Source: a virus. From it: 64,000 bases of DNA. Positions within the stretch are counted from its first letter, which is position 1, and each line of letters begins with the position of its first letter. Both the position numbers and the translations under genes were made by a program. The notes below the pieces were generated by a model. It was given only the letters and a program-made list of their open reading frames with translations. It made no database searches and was not told the origin of the DNA. This document shows, piece by piece, positions 1 to 9,627 of this stretch. The DNA is taken from the IMG/VR virus record IMGVR_UViG_3300033048_000096; one strand, written 5' to 3'.

Positions 1-864
1 ATTAGTTTTAATGTGATCGTGAGCTAACATGAACGCTGAACTGCAGCTAGTGCCACCGCTAGCGCTAATGGTGAAAAATTCCTCTTCGTCAACTATAAAT
101 GCTTTTGAATCATGAGCTATAAATACTAACTCAACCTTCTTATATCGTCTCTTTAAAAATTGTACCATCCAGAAGTAAAAAGATTTTGCTATAAAAGTTT
201 TATCCTTACTCATGGATCCACTTCTGTCCATCATTAAATATACTGCAGCATTAGAATGATACTCAAACTCAGTCTCCCAAGTCTTATACCTTAGATCTTC
301 GTTTTTGAAGATTCCAATTTTCGGGTCACCTCTCGCCGCATTTCTCTTTAAATTTTGAATTAAAGAACGCTTGAGATCTATATTTGAATATATACCTTTC
401 TTGGATATAGATGACATCTCATCATTTTCAACCTCAATCTGGGTGCTATCCTTAGGATCCATCCATGGGAGATCCAATTCCTCCATCAAAATGTTAACCA
501 ATTCGTCAACCGTTATTTCGGCCTCAAATATCCTCTCACCATCCTCATTGCTCGGCCTCCCAGGCTTCCCCTTGCCCTTCCCCCTCTTTATGCGGTGTGT
601 ATCACCCGCCTTGCTGTCCAAGCCCTGTCCGGTGTCCTGAGGCTTGTTTATCTTGCCATATTTAAAACGGTATTTATCCAGAAACTTAATCGGAACCTTT
701 ATCTTTTTATCACCGTTTGAACGAATGATATTATATTCCGTTATTATATCTTTACCATTCTTTCTTATCGCCTTCTCGACAAGCTCCTTATGTCTGTCAG
801 AATCCCGCTTACCCCTTTTCTTGAGCTTCCATATATCTGATAGATTTTCGTATTTCTTTGTCAC
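1..864 (-). CDS. yhbH: YhbH/YeaH (DUF444) family vWA-domain protein, 3'-truncated by the window edge
   Basis: Not in the ORF track; translated by hand. GTG at 864 with GGAGG 8 nt upstream. N-terminus MTKKYENLSDIWKLKKRGKRDSDRHKELVEKAIRKN...KVPIKFLDKYRFKYG; later AVYLMMDRSGSM (MIDAS DxSxS), KSFYFWMVQFL, FIAHD, SGGT. Lies directly downstream of prkA as in bacterial operons. Confidence 0.9.
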   Translation of the reverse strand, partial: MTKKYENLSDIWKLKKRGKRDSDRHKELVEKAIRKNGKDIITEYNIIRSNGDKKIKVPIKFLDKYRFKYGKINKPQDTGQGLDSKAGDTHRIKRGKGKGKPGRPSNEDGERIFEAEITVDELVNILMEELDLPWMDPKDSTQIEVENDEMSSISKKGIYSNIDLKRSLIQNLKRNAARGDPKIGIFKNEDLRYKTWETEFEYHSNAAVYLMMDRSGSMSKDKTFIAKSFYFWMVQFLKRRYKKVELVFIAHDSKAFIVDEEEFFTISASGGTSCSSAFMLAHDHIKTN

Positions 865-879
865 CTGAATAACCTCCAG

Positions 880-2787
880 TTACTTTCTTGCCATTAATGA
901 GTTCACGTATCTAAGAAGCTGATTAGCACTGTCAGCATTATATCCATACTTGTCACATAGTGTGTCGATTACTACATTAATTTTTCTAAGCTCCTTCTCG
1001 TCCGGATTTCTAGCGCTAACAGTTAGTCGTATGATATCCTGTCTCTCAGAAAATAGCTGCTTCTCTAAAGCCTCCTTCAGCGCAGGATGTTCTTGGTACT
1101 TAGAACCATTTCTAAGCATTTTTCTAAGAATTTCTTGCCTGAATGATTTCTTGCCAGACTCAGATATACCTATCTTCTCTTCGAGTCCACGCATTAAGCG
1201 TTCATTTGGCTCCGAAGTCTCACCCCACTCATCCGTTAGTAACCCGCTATCTAAAAATGCTTCAACATTCTCCATGTAATTCGCTAATAGATTTCCTATC
1301 TCATCCTCGAAGTTAACGAAAAATGCCTTCTGAACATCGTTCTTCGCTAGCTTCTCGTACTCCTCTAAAACATAAAGCAATACGGTCTCTAATCTTTCGG
1401 ACTCCTTCTTGTCAATCTTAGGATTGCTCTTCATACCATCCCGAAGCGAACGAACAATATCTAGGGGAGTGATTGAATTCAAATTATCTTCCGCTAGCTT
1501 GGAGGATATACGGTTAATTACGTAACGAGGAGATACGCCACGCATACCCTCATTATCAAACTCGCTCTTAAACTTAGGCACCTCAGAAGTTGTAAAGCCA
1601 TTAACCTCTTCCCCGTTATACATTTTCATCTTCTTTAATATTGATAGGCCAGCATTATCAGACTCTTTAAGCCTAGAAAGAACCGCAAACATAGCTGCGC
1701 ACTTAAGAGTGTGGGGAGCAATATGCTTCTTTCCGAAACTAGCCTGATTTATTAACTTTTCATAAATTTTAATTTCATTATCTACTGACAAGTTATACGG
1801 AACCTTAACGACAATGGTTCTGTCATGCAGAGCTTCCATCTCGTCTTTCCCTAGGAATCGCCTAAACTCCGTTTCATTAGAATGAGCTAACACAAACTCA
1901 TCAGCCCATATCAAAGGGAACCTTGCGGTCTTTATGTTTTTCTCTTGAGCCAATGTTAATAATACATACAAAAACTTCTGATCAACCTTAAGCATCTCAA
2001 CGAATTCCATCATGCCTCTGTTGGCTACGTTAAGCTCCCCATCAAAACGATAAGCCCTCGGATCAGACTCCGCGCCATATTTTCCGATAGTGCTCAAGTC
2101 AATCGATCCCACCAATTCGGAAATATCCTGGCTCTTCTTATCAGAAGGCACGAAGGTTCCTATGCTTGTACGAGTCTTTTCAGAGAAAAATATTCTTTTC
2201 ACAGGTAAATCCATGAAATTGCCGGAGTGATTCTCTTTTAATATAACCTCCATCAATGGGCTCAAATAACCCTGAATCTTGATCCCGTACTTATCGAGAA
2301 ACTGACTCCTTAGCTCATCCGGAATTGCACACAAGGGATCTTCATGCATAGGAGACTCACTCAACGCATATACAGCGCCCTCGTCAGTCTCGGAGAATGA
2401 TTCCAACCCTCTCTTTAGCAAAATAGCTAACTGAGATTTTCCGGATGACGTGGGGCCGTACATTAGGAGAATTCTTCTGCCAACCTCACTACCCGCAGCT
2501 GCTGCCCTTAGGTAAGACATTAACTCTTCAATTGGCTCATCTACTCCGAATAGATCGTCTTTGAAGAAATTATATTTTACTATATTACCTTTCTGATCTC
2601 TTTCTACGCCGTGACTTTCAACCATCTTTAAGGCTCTTGCGTGAGCGCCCATATGTAATTCGGGGCTGCTAATAATAAGCTCAACGTAATCCCTTAATGT
2701 TCCTGACCACACATTTTTAGAACTGTTCTCCAAGTGAGAGTCCAATATATCTAATAAGTTACCAACTTTCTTTTTCTTCTCAGCCAT
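880..2787 (-). CDS. prkA: PrkA/YeaG family AAA+ ATPase (annotated serine protein kinase)
   Basis: 635 aa; RILLMYGPTSSGKS Walker A, SPMHEDPL, SDPRAYRFDGELNVANRGMMEFVEMLK, EALHDR, GVSPRY family motifs. Confidence 0.95.
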   Translation of the reverse strand: MAEKKKKVGNLLDILDSHLENSSKNVWSGTLRDYVELIISSPELHMGAHARALKMVESHGVERDQKGNIVKYNFFKDDLFGVDEPIEELMSYLRAAAAGSEVGRRILLMYGPTSSGKSQLAILLKRGLESFSETDEGAVYALSESPMHEDPLCAIPDELRSQFLDKYGIKIQGYLSPLMEVILKENHSGNFMDLPVKRIFFSEKTRTSIGTFVPSDKKSQDISELVGSIDLSTIGKYGAESDPRAYRFDGELNVANRGMMEFVEMLKVDQKFLYVLLTLAQEKNIKTARFPLIWADEFVLAHSNETEFRRFLGKDEMEALHDRTIVVKVPYNLSVDNEIKIYEKLINQASFGKKHIAPHTLKCAAMFAVLSRLKESDNAGLSILKKMKMYNGEEVNGFTTSEVPKFKSEFDNEGMRGVSPRYVINRISSKLAEDNLNSITPLDIVRSLRDGMKSNPKIDKKESERLETVLLYVLEEYEKLAKNDVQKAFFVNFEDEIGNLLANYMENVEAFLDSGLLTDEWGETSEPNERLMRGLEEKIGISESGKKSFRQEILRKMLRNGSKYQEHPALKEALEKQLFSERQDIIRLTVSARNPDEKELRKINVVIDTLCDKYGYNADSANQLLRYVNSLMARK

Positions 2788-3090
2788 TTAAATTACTCCT
2801 TTATTCTTGTATGGGTTTGGTTTGTCGCCGTAGATATCTCTTATAGCTTTTCTATCTCCGACTCTCACTTTATCGACAGTTTTTCTAACTTCCTCTTCCG
2901 ATTCAATTAATATCTGATCCTTACTCTTCTCAATGACACTATTAATGTCTACTATCTTATGATATAATACGCCATTTTGACAATTTTTACACTTTTTATT
3001 TTTAGTTTTATCTTTAATGAACTCATGGATCGACATAAACGCAATATCCATGTTATCGCATTTGTCACATTCGAAGTTATATTTCGGCAT
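2788..3090 (-). CDS. FmdB-like zinc-ribbon protein
   Basis: MPKYNFECDKC...CKNC (MPxY.Y.CxxC...CxxC pattern); start moved to the MPKY ATG, which has GAGG upstream. Confidence 0.7.
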   Translation of the reverse strand: MPKYNFECDKCDNMDIAFMSIHEFIKDKTKNKKCKNCQNGVLYHKIVDINSVIEKSKDQILIESEEEVRKTVDKVRVGDRKAIRDIYGDKPNPYKNKGVI

Positions 3091-3298
3091 TATATTCCTC
3101 ATTTTCTATGTAAATTAACTTTCCATCTTCGATTGAAATATTTCCCGACAAAGATAAGTCTCTTAACAATTTCTTCTTGAACTTAGAATCAGTTATTACT
3201 ATGGTTATTTCAAGATCTTTATTTTCCTCATCAAAGCTTATGCTTTTTATTTTACCTACATTATTTTTCATTTTCGAAAAAATATTCCAACGACTCAA
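3077..3298 (-). CDS. hypothetical protein (73 aa)
   Basis: ORF fills the gap, co-oriented, short overlaps with both neighbours. Confidence 0.6.
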   Translation of the reverse strand: MSRWNIFSKMKNNVGKIKSISFDEENKDLEITIVITDSKFKKKLLRDLSLSGNISIEDGKLIYIENEEYNAEI

Positions 3299-3545
3299 TT
3301 ATTAATGGATTAGTCTGATTCAATAAATATAATATCTCATATCTATCAATCTTCTCATATGGACCCAGAGAATCTATATCTATTGATATTTTAGGGATGA
3401 CATCTATCGGTCGTTCTCTTCCAAGTAAATTGCTTATCGGTAATAATTCTACGGATTTCCTCGTCACACGGTATACGATATATTTATACTCATTAATTAG
3501 AATTATATCTAATTTATTTAATTTATCATTATTTATTTTGACCAA
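3261..3545 (-). CDS. hypothetical protein (about 94 aa)
   Basis: Track ORF 3261..3647 overlaps dnaB by over 100 nt; TTG at 3545 preceded by GGGAG is the likelier start. Confidence 0.55.
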   Translation of the reverse strand: MVKINNDKLNKLDIILINEYKYIVYRVTRKSVELLPISNLLGRERPIDVIPKISIDIDSLGPYEKIDRYEILYLLNQTNPLIIESLEYFFENEK

Positions 3546-4902
3546 GACTATTCTCCCTTCCCGGATCGTTAGTCCAGTTATCAGGGCGGTCAGAAACTTT
3601 TGACTTCTCAAACTCCTTAAGCAATTTAAACTCACCCTTCTCTCCATCCCGATTTTTAGTTACATGAAGAATCATGTCATCAAGCAGATGCTCACCATCT
3701 CTCTGCTCAATCAGGACCACTATGTTCGCGTTATCACCTATCATCTTCGATCTTCCGATTTCTTCCGAATCTTGAACTTGAGATTTGGAATTACGAACTC
3801 TACCTTTTCTTTGGGCTGCAGTTAAAACCGCTATATTCTTACTTCTGCAAAACTCATGAAGATTCGCCGCGACATGCCCAACTTCAAGCCAATCTTGACC
3901 GAAGTCTGTGTTTGGCTTCATGATTCCTAAATAATCAACAACCACAAGATCCGGCTCAAACTCTGAGACTAAACTATCAAACCTTGCCTCTATGTCTAAA
4001 GTTCTAGAGCCTCTGGGCATATCTACTATGTAGAAATTCTTTTCATAATTTTTCTGAAATGCCAACGAATTACTCCACCGCCTTTTCTCCTCATCAGTTA
4101 GGTAGCCCCGCATTAATGCTTTTTGCCTTATGTCAGCCGCGTTTGCATCCATTCTTTGTTCTAGCTGCTTCTTAGTCATTTCTAGAGTGAAATAAACCAC
4201 ATTCTTACCATTAGTAAATCCCTGCTTGCTCTTATCCCATGGCTTATTTGAACCTAACCATGAATTAATTGCGTAATTCATCATTAATAATGATTTGCCA
4301 CTAGAGGTTGCTCCAGATATAACCATCATCTCGGATTTTTTAATTCCGAAGGTATACTCATCTAATTTTTTAAATCCTGACAGAACACCTGCTACTGCGT
4401 TTGGATTAGCTTCCGTGAACTTATAGTCGTCAAATCTGCTCACAACTGATTTGCTGAAATATCCCTCGGAAAATACTGACTTCCTCCTTAACCTCTCTAT
4501 TTTTGCCGCTATATTAATTATGTTTGAATTAAACTCATCTACGTCAACATCGGAATTCATACCCGATATTGATTCGGATAATCTTATTGCTAATTCTGAA
4601 TTAAATCGGTCTCTTATTTTATCTATATAAAATAAAATTTCAGTCTCTTCACATTTAGTATTTTCAAGCAATGATACCAACTGAAGGTTCTCCATATCTT
4701 CGGATAGATATTCTTTAAGTATTTTAAATGATGGCGGAGTCTTGTATCTTGAGAAATATTTTTCAATCGAATTAAAAGTTTCCCGATATTCATACTTGAA
4801 AGCTTCTTTTAGAATTTTAAAATCAATATCCCTAGTTACCTTATTATACTCAGATGGTCCCTTCATCGCCCAAGCTAATATTTTCTCATCCTCTATTGAC
4901 AT
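3529..4902 (-). CDS. dnaB: replicative DNA helicase, DnaB family
   Basis: SGFKKLD, GATSSGKS Walker A, FTLEM, LVVVDYLG Walker B, AAQ, KNRDG. Confidence 0.92.
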   Translation of the reverse strand: MSIEDEKILAWAMKGPSEYNKVTRDIDFKILKEAFKYEYRETFNSIEKYFSRYKTPPSFKILKEYLSEDMENLQLVSLLENTKCEETEILFYIDKIRDRFNSELAIRLSESISGMNSDVDVDEFNSNIINIAAKIERLRRKSVFSEGYFSKSVVSRFDDYKFTEANPNAVAGVLSGFKKLDEYTFGIKKSEMMVISGATSSGKSLLMMNYAINSWLGSNKPWDKSKQGFTNGKNVVYFTLEMTKKQLEQRMDANAADIRQKALMRGYLTDEEKRRWSNSLAFQKNYEKNFYIVDMPRGSRTLDIEARFDSLVSEFEPDLVVVDYLGIMKPNTDFGQDWLEVGHVAANLHEFCRSKNIAVLTAAQRKGRVRNSKSQVQDSEEIGRSKMIGDNANIVVLIEQRDGEHLLDDMILHVTKNRDGEKGEFKLLKEFEKSKVSDRPDNWTNDPGRENSLGQNK

Positions 4903-5577
4903 TCACTCTCCTTCTTTTAATTTTCTAAAATCCTTTCCCTTAACATACAATATATTCACATACCTTGAAAATAAAGAATCAACAGCCCTTGAGAAATCGC
5001 CAGCGAGAACATTCTTTAGGTCAGGGGTGTTTGAACAAATTATCGTTGGCATTTTATTTTGAAACCTATGCCTCAAAACTCTCTCCATCGTCTGACCAAA
5101 TAACTGCTCAGCCTTCTCGGATGGGTAGATCCAACGACTATCATATTCGTCAAGTATTAAAAAATCTATATTTATAATCTTATCAAAGAATTCTGTATTG
5201 TTCCTCGTTACCTCATTAATAACATCAGCCATGTTCGCGTACTTTGCGCTGTAACCGCTCACGAGAGCTATCTTGAGTATGCAGCAGGCAGCATACGTCT
5301 TTCCCGTCCCGAGGTTCCCCACGAAGGCTACAGAGCTACCATCCTCATACATAGAGTCAATGTCATGCAGCTTTTTGGTTATAAAATCTTTAAAGTTGCC
5401 ATCACCTTTGAAATCCCCAAAAGGTAACATCCAATAATCAAACGGAATATCAGCTATGGAGTAAGTCTTTAGCCTTGACGCTTGAGCTTTGCAGGTGCTA
5501 CACCCTAACCCTGAACACTCCCCACAATCAATTCTTATTTTTCTTAATATAAGATCCATCTTTTTTTGCGGAATCAT
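4903..5577 (-). CDS. DnaC/IstB-like AAA+ helicase loader with N-terminal Zn-binding Cys cluster
   Basis: CGEC..GCSTC, GNLGTGKT Walker A, FLILDE Walker B, RHRFQNKMPTIICSN, GKDFR; abuts dnaB. Confidence 0.85.
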   Translation of the reverse strand: MIPQKKMDLILRKIRIDCGECSGLGCSTCKAQASRLKTYSIADIPFDYWMLPFGDFKGDGNFKDFITKKLHDIDSMYEDGSSVAFVGNLGTGKTYAACCILKIALVSGYSAKYANMADVINEVTRNNTEFFDKIINIDFLILDEYDSRWIYPSEKAEQLFGQTMERVLRHRFQNKMPTIICSNTPDLKNVLAGDFSRAVDSLFSRYVNILYVKGKDFRKLKEGE

Positions 5578-6001
5578 ATTCTGTCTCTCCTTCTGACTTT
5601 ATATTTTTCAAACTAGACATCGTAATGGATAAATTAACCTCAGGCTCTGTCTCTTCGCCTATTAACATATCAGACGGAATCATGGAGCCGTAATAACTTT
5701 CTTGATCAATACGATTACGAAGGCTTATATCATGCAAATAGCTTTCGCTCTTCGCCTCAGGGATATTCCCGACATTATTATAGTACCGAGGATTACTGAT
5801 CTTATCTATAGAAGTTATTGATTCTTTTAAGTCCAAAATAACCGCGGCCTCAATCTTGTCACGCTGAATTACTATCGTTCCGCAGTTACCTACTAAAACC
5901 ACTCTAAGTGTGTTTTTAAACTCAACCATTCCTGAGAATGTCTTTCCGGATACTAAATGTAACTCCACAATCTTACCCACTAGGTCGTAATGATCGTTCA
6001 T
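5528..6001 (-). CDS. hypothetical protein with N-terminal Sm/LSm(Hfq)-like fold
   Basis: LVGKIVELHLVSGKTFSGMV...VVL...TIVIQRDKIEAAV resembles the Sm1/Sm2 pattern; ORF solid, fold inferred. Confidence 0.5.
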   Translation of the reverse strand: MNDHYDLVGKIVELHLVSGKTFSGMVEFKNTLRVVLVGNCGTIVIQRDKIEAAVILDLKESITSIDKISNPRYYNNVGNIPEAKSESYLHDISLRNRIDQESYYGSMIPSDMLIGEETEPEVNLSITMSSLKNIKSEGETEYDSAKKDGSYIKKNKN

Positions 6002-6630
6002 ATTAATCCTATCTCTGAGGCCTTTGATAAAACTCTCTTCTCTATGCTCTCATTATTTAAGGAATACATCTTTGCGTACTGCTCTATCATCCTTATATCA
6101 CCCTCTATGTTTAGTTGGTGAGAATCGAATATCTCGGAAGCCTCTTCTTTGCACCAGGCTATCAACTTATCTATCTTACTCTTGGATGTCTTGGTCTTTA
6201 AATATTTCTCATACATTCTCTCAAAGTCGTTTATAATGGACGCAACCAAAAATATTCTAGTCCCATTGACAGACTGAGAGCCTCTTCTGAATTTATAATC
6301 AAACATCCAGTTTATATAATTATAGATTTTTAAATTAATCTCCCGTCTTATTATATTTTTCTTTGACTTATCGAAATCCTTGTAGTCTTCGGGAGCTAAG
6401 GTCCTAAACAGCTTGGCGAAATCAGCAGCTTCCTTACCCATAGTTGGACCCTTCCTCGCTCTTATTAATCTAAATCTAACTCCGTTACTATCCTCATATT
6501 TCTGACAGAAGTGGGCCAGCATCGTTATATGCGTCCATGTACCTATATCCGCATCAAGCCATTTCTTTGAGCTATTGTAAAATTGTTCTTCGTTCATGTC
6601 TTTCACCTTAATGTTGCGGGAAAACCCCAT
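5998..6630 (-). CDS. hypothetical protein (210 aa) at the head of the dnaC-dnaB block
   Basis: Co-oriented ORF, ATGA overlap with next gene, AAGGT upstream; no recognised motif. Confidence 0.75.
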   Translation of the reverse strand: MGFSRNIKVKDMNEEQFYNSSKKWLDADIGTWTHITMLAHFCQKYEDSNGVRFRLIRARKGPTMGKEAADFAKLFRTLAPEDYKDFDKSKKNIIRREINLKIYNYINWMFDYKFRRGSQSVNGTRIFLVASIINDFERMYEKYLKTKTSKSKIDKLIAWCKEEASEIFDSHQLNIEGDIRMIEQYAKMYSLNNESIEKRVLSKASEIGLI

Positions 6631-6684
6631 ATCTACCTTTGTACCCTAACAATTAGAATAGAACAACTATTTATTCAAAAATAT

Positions 6685-8124
6685 TTACTTAACTCTTCTT
6701 AGAGAAAATTCAGATTCGCTAGCTATCGTTTTGAATCGCACCTGACTATGCTCCCTTAAATATTTGCATTGATCATAGAAATCAACCACACAAGCGAAAC
6801 TCTTTCCTGGGTGAGAGCGGATAACTCTACCTATTCTTTGCAAAACTTTTCCTGTGGATTTTCCGCCACCTAAGTTTATTAACGCAGTTAGGGAAGGAAT
6901 GTCAATGCCGATATCAAATATGGTCGAAGCTACAACAACATGTATATTTCCCTCCTTAATATCATTTATACCAGCTTCCCGCTCCCCAGAGGAAGACACT
7001 CCTGTCAGAAATAAATGATTTACTCCAGCGTCACTTAACTTTTTAGATATGATTTCTCCGTGATTTATATTTCTTATCAAGATTAACGTTTTAAGCCCTT
7101 TCTTTTCGAAATTCTTACAAGTGCTAACTGCCATGTCATTTCTTTCGTCATTATTAACTATGTAATTAGAGTAAACTTCCTGATATGTCTTGCCAACACC
7201 TCTCATCGTAGGGACATCTTTAAATATTATAGTCGGCCTAACCAAGAACCCTCGCTTAATTAAATAACTAGCGTCGATATCTATTATTTTCTTACCAGCA
7301 ACCGCCTCAAGCAAAATATCATCACCGTTTTCCCTCCATGGTGTTCCGGAGAATAAAAATCTATGCCTAGATGACTGCGCCTCTCTCGCTAATAACTGGA
7401 ATGTATCCGAGCCAGAATATTGAGCCTCATCCAATATAAGCAAATTCGAATTTCTAACCGCATCTCTTATTTGCTCCTTCTTAAGCAGCTTCTTTCTTGA
7501 GACTTTAATATCTTCAGCCGATGATTTACTTAACTTCTTGCCAAACGCAGAACCCGCACTCCAAATCGTCATTACATTGATCTTCTTTATGTCACAGTTT
7601 CCATCCCCAATTATGCCCGCGTCAATGCCGAACGATTCCCTTAGGGTATCCACCATTTGATACAACAAATCAATGCTAACTACGTAAATTATTGACGGAA
7701 CATTATAATGAGCAATCAATGAGGCGATTATAAAACTTTTCCCGCCACCTGTGCTAACTCTTATAATCCCGGACCCCTTACTTATGCACCTATTTATAAC
7801 TCTATCCTGATAATCTCTGGCAACAAACTTTGAGCCGATCGCTGGCAATATAGGTGTGCCGTACTGAATCTCAAGCCTCTGGTCAATAACTTTATATATA
7901 ACTTTATGTACCTTAAGAATATCAATAACTTCCTCTAGCATTCCTACGGGGAAGTAATTATTCTTCGTCAATAATCTATATCTGCCATCCCATTTGTTAC
8001 TCAACTTCATGAACTTAAATCCCTGAATATCATAACTTAACTTAAGATCTATAGCTTTCTTAACTAATGGGTCTATTAAATTATCTAACTTGCACTTAGT
8101 ATTTCCAATAAAAATCTTAACCAT
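6685..8124 (-). CDS. superfamily 2 DNA/RNA helicase (UvsW/XPB-like)
   Basis: RDYQ Q-motif, STGGGKS, LILDEAQ, FSGTP, GIDIPSL, QRIGRVIR; start moved to MVKIF at 8124. Confidence 0.9.
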   Translation of the reverse strand: MVKIFIGNTKCKLDNLIDPLVKKAIDLKLSYDIQGFKFMKLSNKWDGRYRLLTKNNYFPVGMLEEVIDILKVHKVIYKVIDQRLEIQYGTPILPAIGSKFVARDYQDRVINRCISKGSGIIRVSTGGGKSFIIASLIAHYNVPSIIYVVSIDLLYQMVDTLRESFGIDAGIIGDGNCDIKKINVMTIWSAGSAFGKKLSKSSAEDIKVSRKKLLKKEQIRDAVRNSNLLILDEAQYSGSDTFQLLAREAQSSRHRFLFSGTPWRENGDDILLEAVAGKKIIDIDASYLIKRGFLVRPTIIFKDVPTMRGVGKTYQEVYSNYIVNNDERNDMAVSTCKNFEKKGLKTLILIRNINHGEIISKKLSDAGVNHLFLTGVSSSGEREAGINDIKEGNIHVVVASTIFDIGIDIPSLTALINLGGGKSTGKVLQRIGRVIRSHPGKSFACVVDFYDQCKYLREHSQVRFKTIASESEFSLRRVK

Positions 8125-8163
8125 AATATATACACCAAACCCCGAGCCAATGCTGCGGGGCAC

Positions 8164-8177
8164 AGTATATTATACCA
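8164..8177 (-). promoter_or_regulatory. putative extended -10 promoter TGGTATAATATACT upstream of the helicase
   Basis: Perfect TGnTATAAT in one of the few intergenic gaps; GGTATAATATACT recurs exactly at 18414-18426. Confidence 0.55.
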
Positions 8178-8223
8178 AATAACTTAATTTAAAAAGGCTA
8201 ATTATGTCATTAATAGAAGTCGC

Positions 8224-9627
8224 TTACCTCTTTCTCCTTTTATCAATTAGTGAAGACCTTCTCGAACCACCTTGCAATCTTCCAAACCCCGACTTCTTCT
8301 TCTTAATCTTACGATCAATTTGACTCCTCACACTAGCTATCTTATCCTCTTCTAAATCAAGGGTCATGGCGGAACCTCTACTGCCCTCCTTCGCTGCCGC
8401 AATAGCTGATTGAGCCTTACTCTCTTTCTTGAGATTATCTATGCGATCCTGGGGTAATCCTAAGCCAGCAAACCAACTATAAATCTTAATCGTATCACCC
8501 ATACCTTCCTGAGAATATATTCCTTGGAAAATATTAGCCCCATTCGTCTGATCTGATATGACCGAGAAACAATAATCAATATTTAAAGATGGCATCGAGT
8601 TTAAGGCATGCTCGGAACCAAGGATTATAACCCCACCTGTCCTCGTCTGAGATAGATCAAATCCGTCAGCTAACATGTTGCCACTCAAACTGTCGATAGC
8701 CGCCTCTGCTAATGCGGTCTCCTCCATGTAATCATCAACCTCAACTACGCCGTAAACGGAACAGTCGCCACAAGAAATTATCTTGCCAAAATCACTAGGG
8801 TCCAAAGAAGTGAACCTAGAAGCCTGTGACGTTAAAGTGTTGAATAAATTAATCGGCTCAACAATTGCAGCATTAGCCTGCTTCCAAAACTCAGACTGAC
8901 TAAGCTTACTGTATATCTGCTCTATTCTCGCGTTATCAACAACAACTAAACTAGCTATCATATCATCGGCTGTCATTCGAGCTAATCTAGCTAAAGTTTC
9001 AATAGAATTCTTTTTTGATTGAGCATCCTCAGTAGCCTTGGGGAGAACGTATATAACGCCTACAGGCATCGATGTCCCGTATAGAATCGGAACCATCGTG
9101 TCCACAGATGATGAACCAGAGCCGCCACCACCAGATATAGCAAGAAATAACATGTCATTTCCGTCAGCTACGTCAGAAACAAAACTTCCTAGCTTGTCCT
9201 CGTTGTCTTCGAATATCTCACGACCTAGATCGAGGTCCTTTCCTGTACCACCTAAGCTGCCCTCAAGTAAAAGTTTCTGATGAGGTAACACATCTATAAA
9301 CTTAAGGTCCTGGACAGAAGTGTTTATTACCCCAACATCATATCCCAGTCTGTGGAACTCCTCAGCGATTCTAGATCCAGCTTGACCAACTCCTATAACT
9401 CCTATGTTTATACTAACTTCTCTTTCTGATACTAACTCAGGCATTGACACTCCTCCGCTTGACTTTGCCGCCAGCTTAGCTTTTAACTCCTCTAGCTTAT
9501 TATTATCCATTTTTTTGGTCCCTTTTTCTTCGCCAAATGCGCTCATTAATGCTTTATTTTCATCCCTAATCTTCTCATCATCTTTCTTAACTTTTTGTAT
9601 CTCGCTTTTCTTTATCTCCACGCTCAT
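8224..9627 (-). CDS. tubulin/FtsZ superfamily GTPase (TubZ/PhuZ/CetZ-like)
   Basis: GVGQAGSRI (T1), INTS, GGTGKD (T3), SGGGGSGS signature (T4), VDN, LDPSDF (T7-like). Confidence 0.9.
   Translation of the reverse strand: MSVEIKKSEIQKVKKDDEKIRDENKALMSAFGEEKGTKKMDNNKLEELKAKLAAKSSGGVSMPELVSEREVSINIGVIGVGQAGSRIAEEFHRLGYDVGVINTSVQDLKFIDVLPHQKLLLEGSLGGTGKDLDLGREIFEDNEDKLGSFVSDVADGNDMLFLAISGGGGSGSSSVDTMVPILYGTSMPVGVIYVLPKATEDAQSKKNSIETLARLARMTADDMIASLVVVDNARIEQIYSKLSQSEFWKQANAAIVEPINLFNTLTSQASRFTSLDPSDFGKIISCGDCSVYGVVEVDDYMEETALAEAAIDSLSGNMLADGFDLSQTRTGGVIILGSEHALNSMPSLNIDYCFSVISDQTNGANIFQGIYSQEGMGDTIKIYSWFAGLGLPQDRIDNLKKESKAQSAIAAAKEGSRGSAMTLDLEEDKIASVRSQIDRKIKKKKSGFGRLQGGSRRSSLIDKRRKR

Noticed and set aside
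3529-4902. Intein or intron in DnaB
   Set aside because: 457 aa is a normal length, the motifs are contiguous and no splice-junction motifs were seen.
8224-9627. Calling this ftsZ, or evidence of a nucleus-forming phage
   Set aside because: It lacks the FtsZ GGGTGTG/NxDFAD exact motifs and dcw context. No chimallin is recognisable here, and tubulin alone does not imply a phage nucleus.
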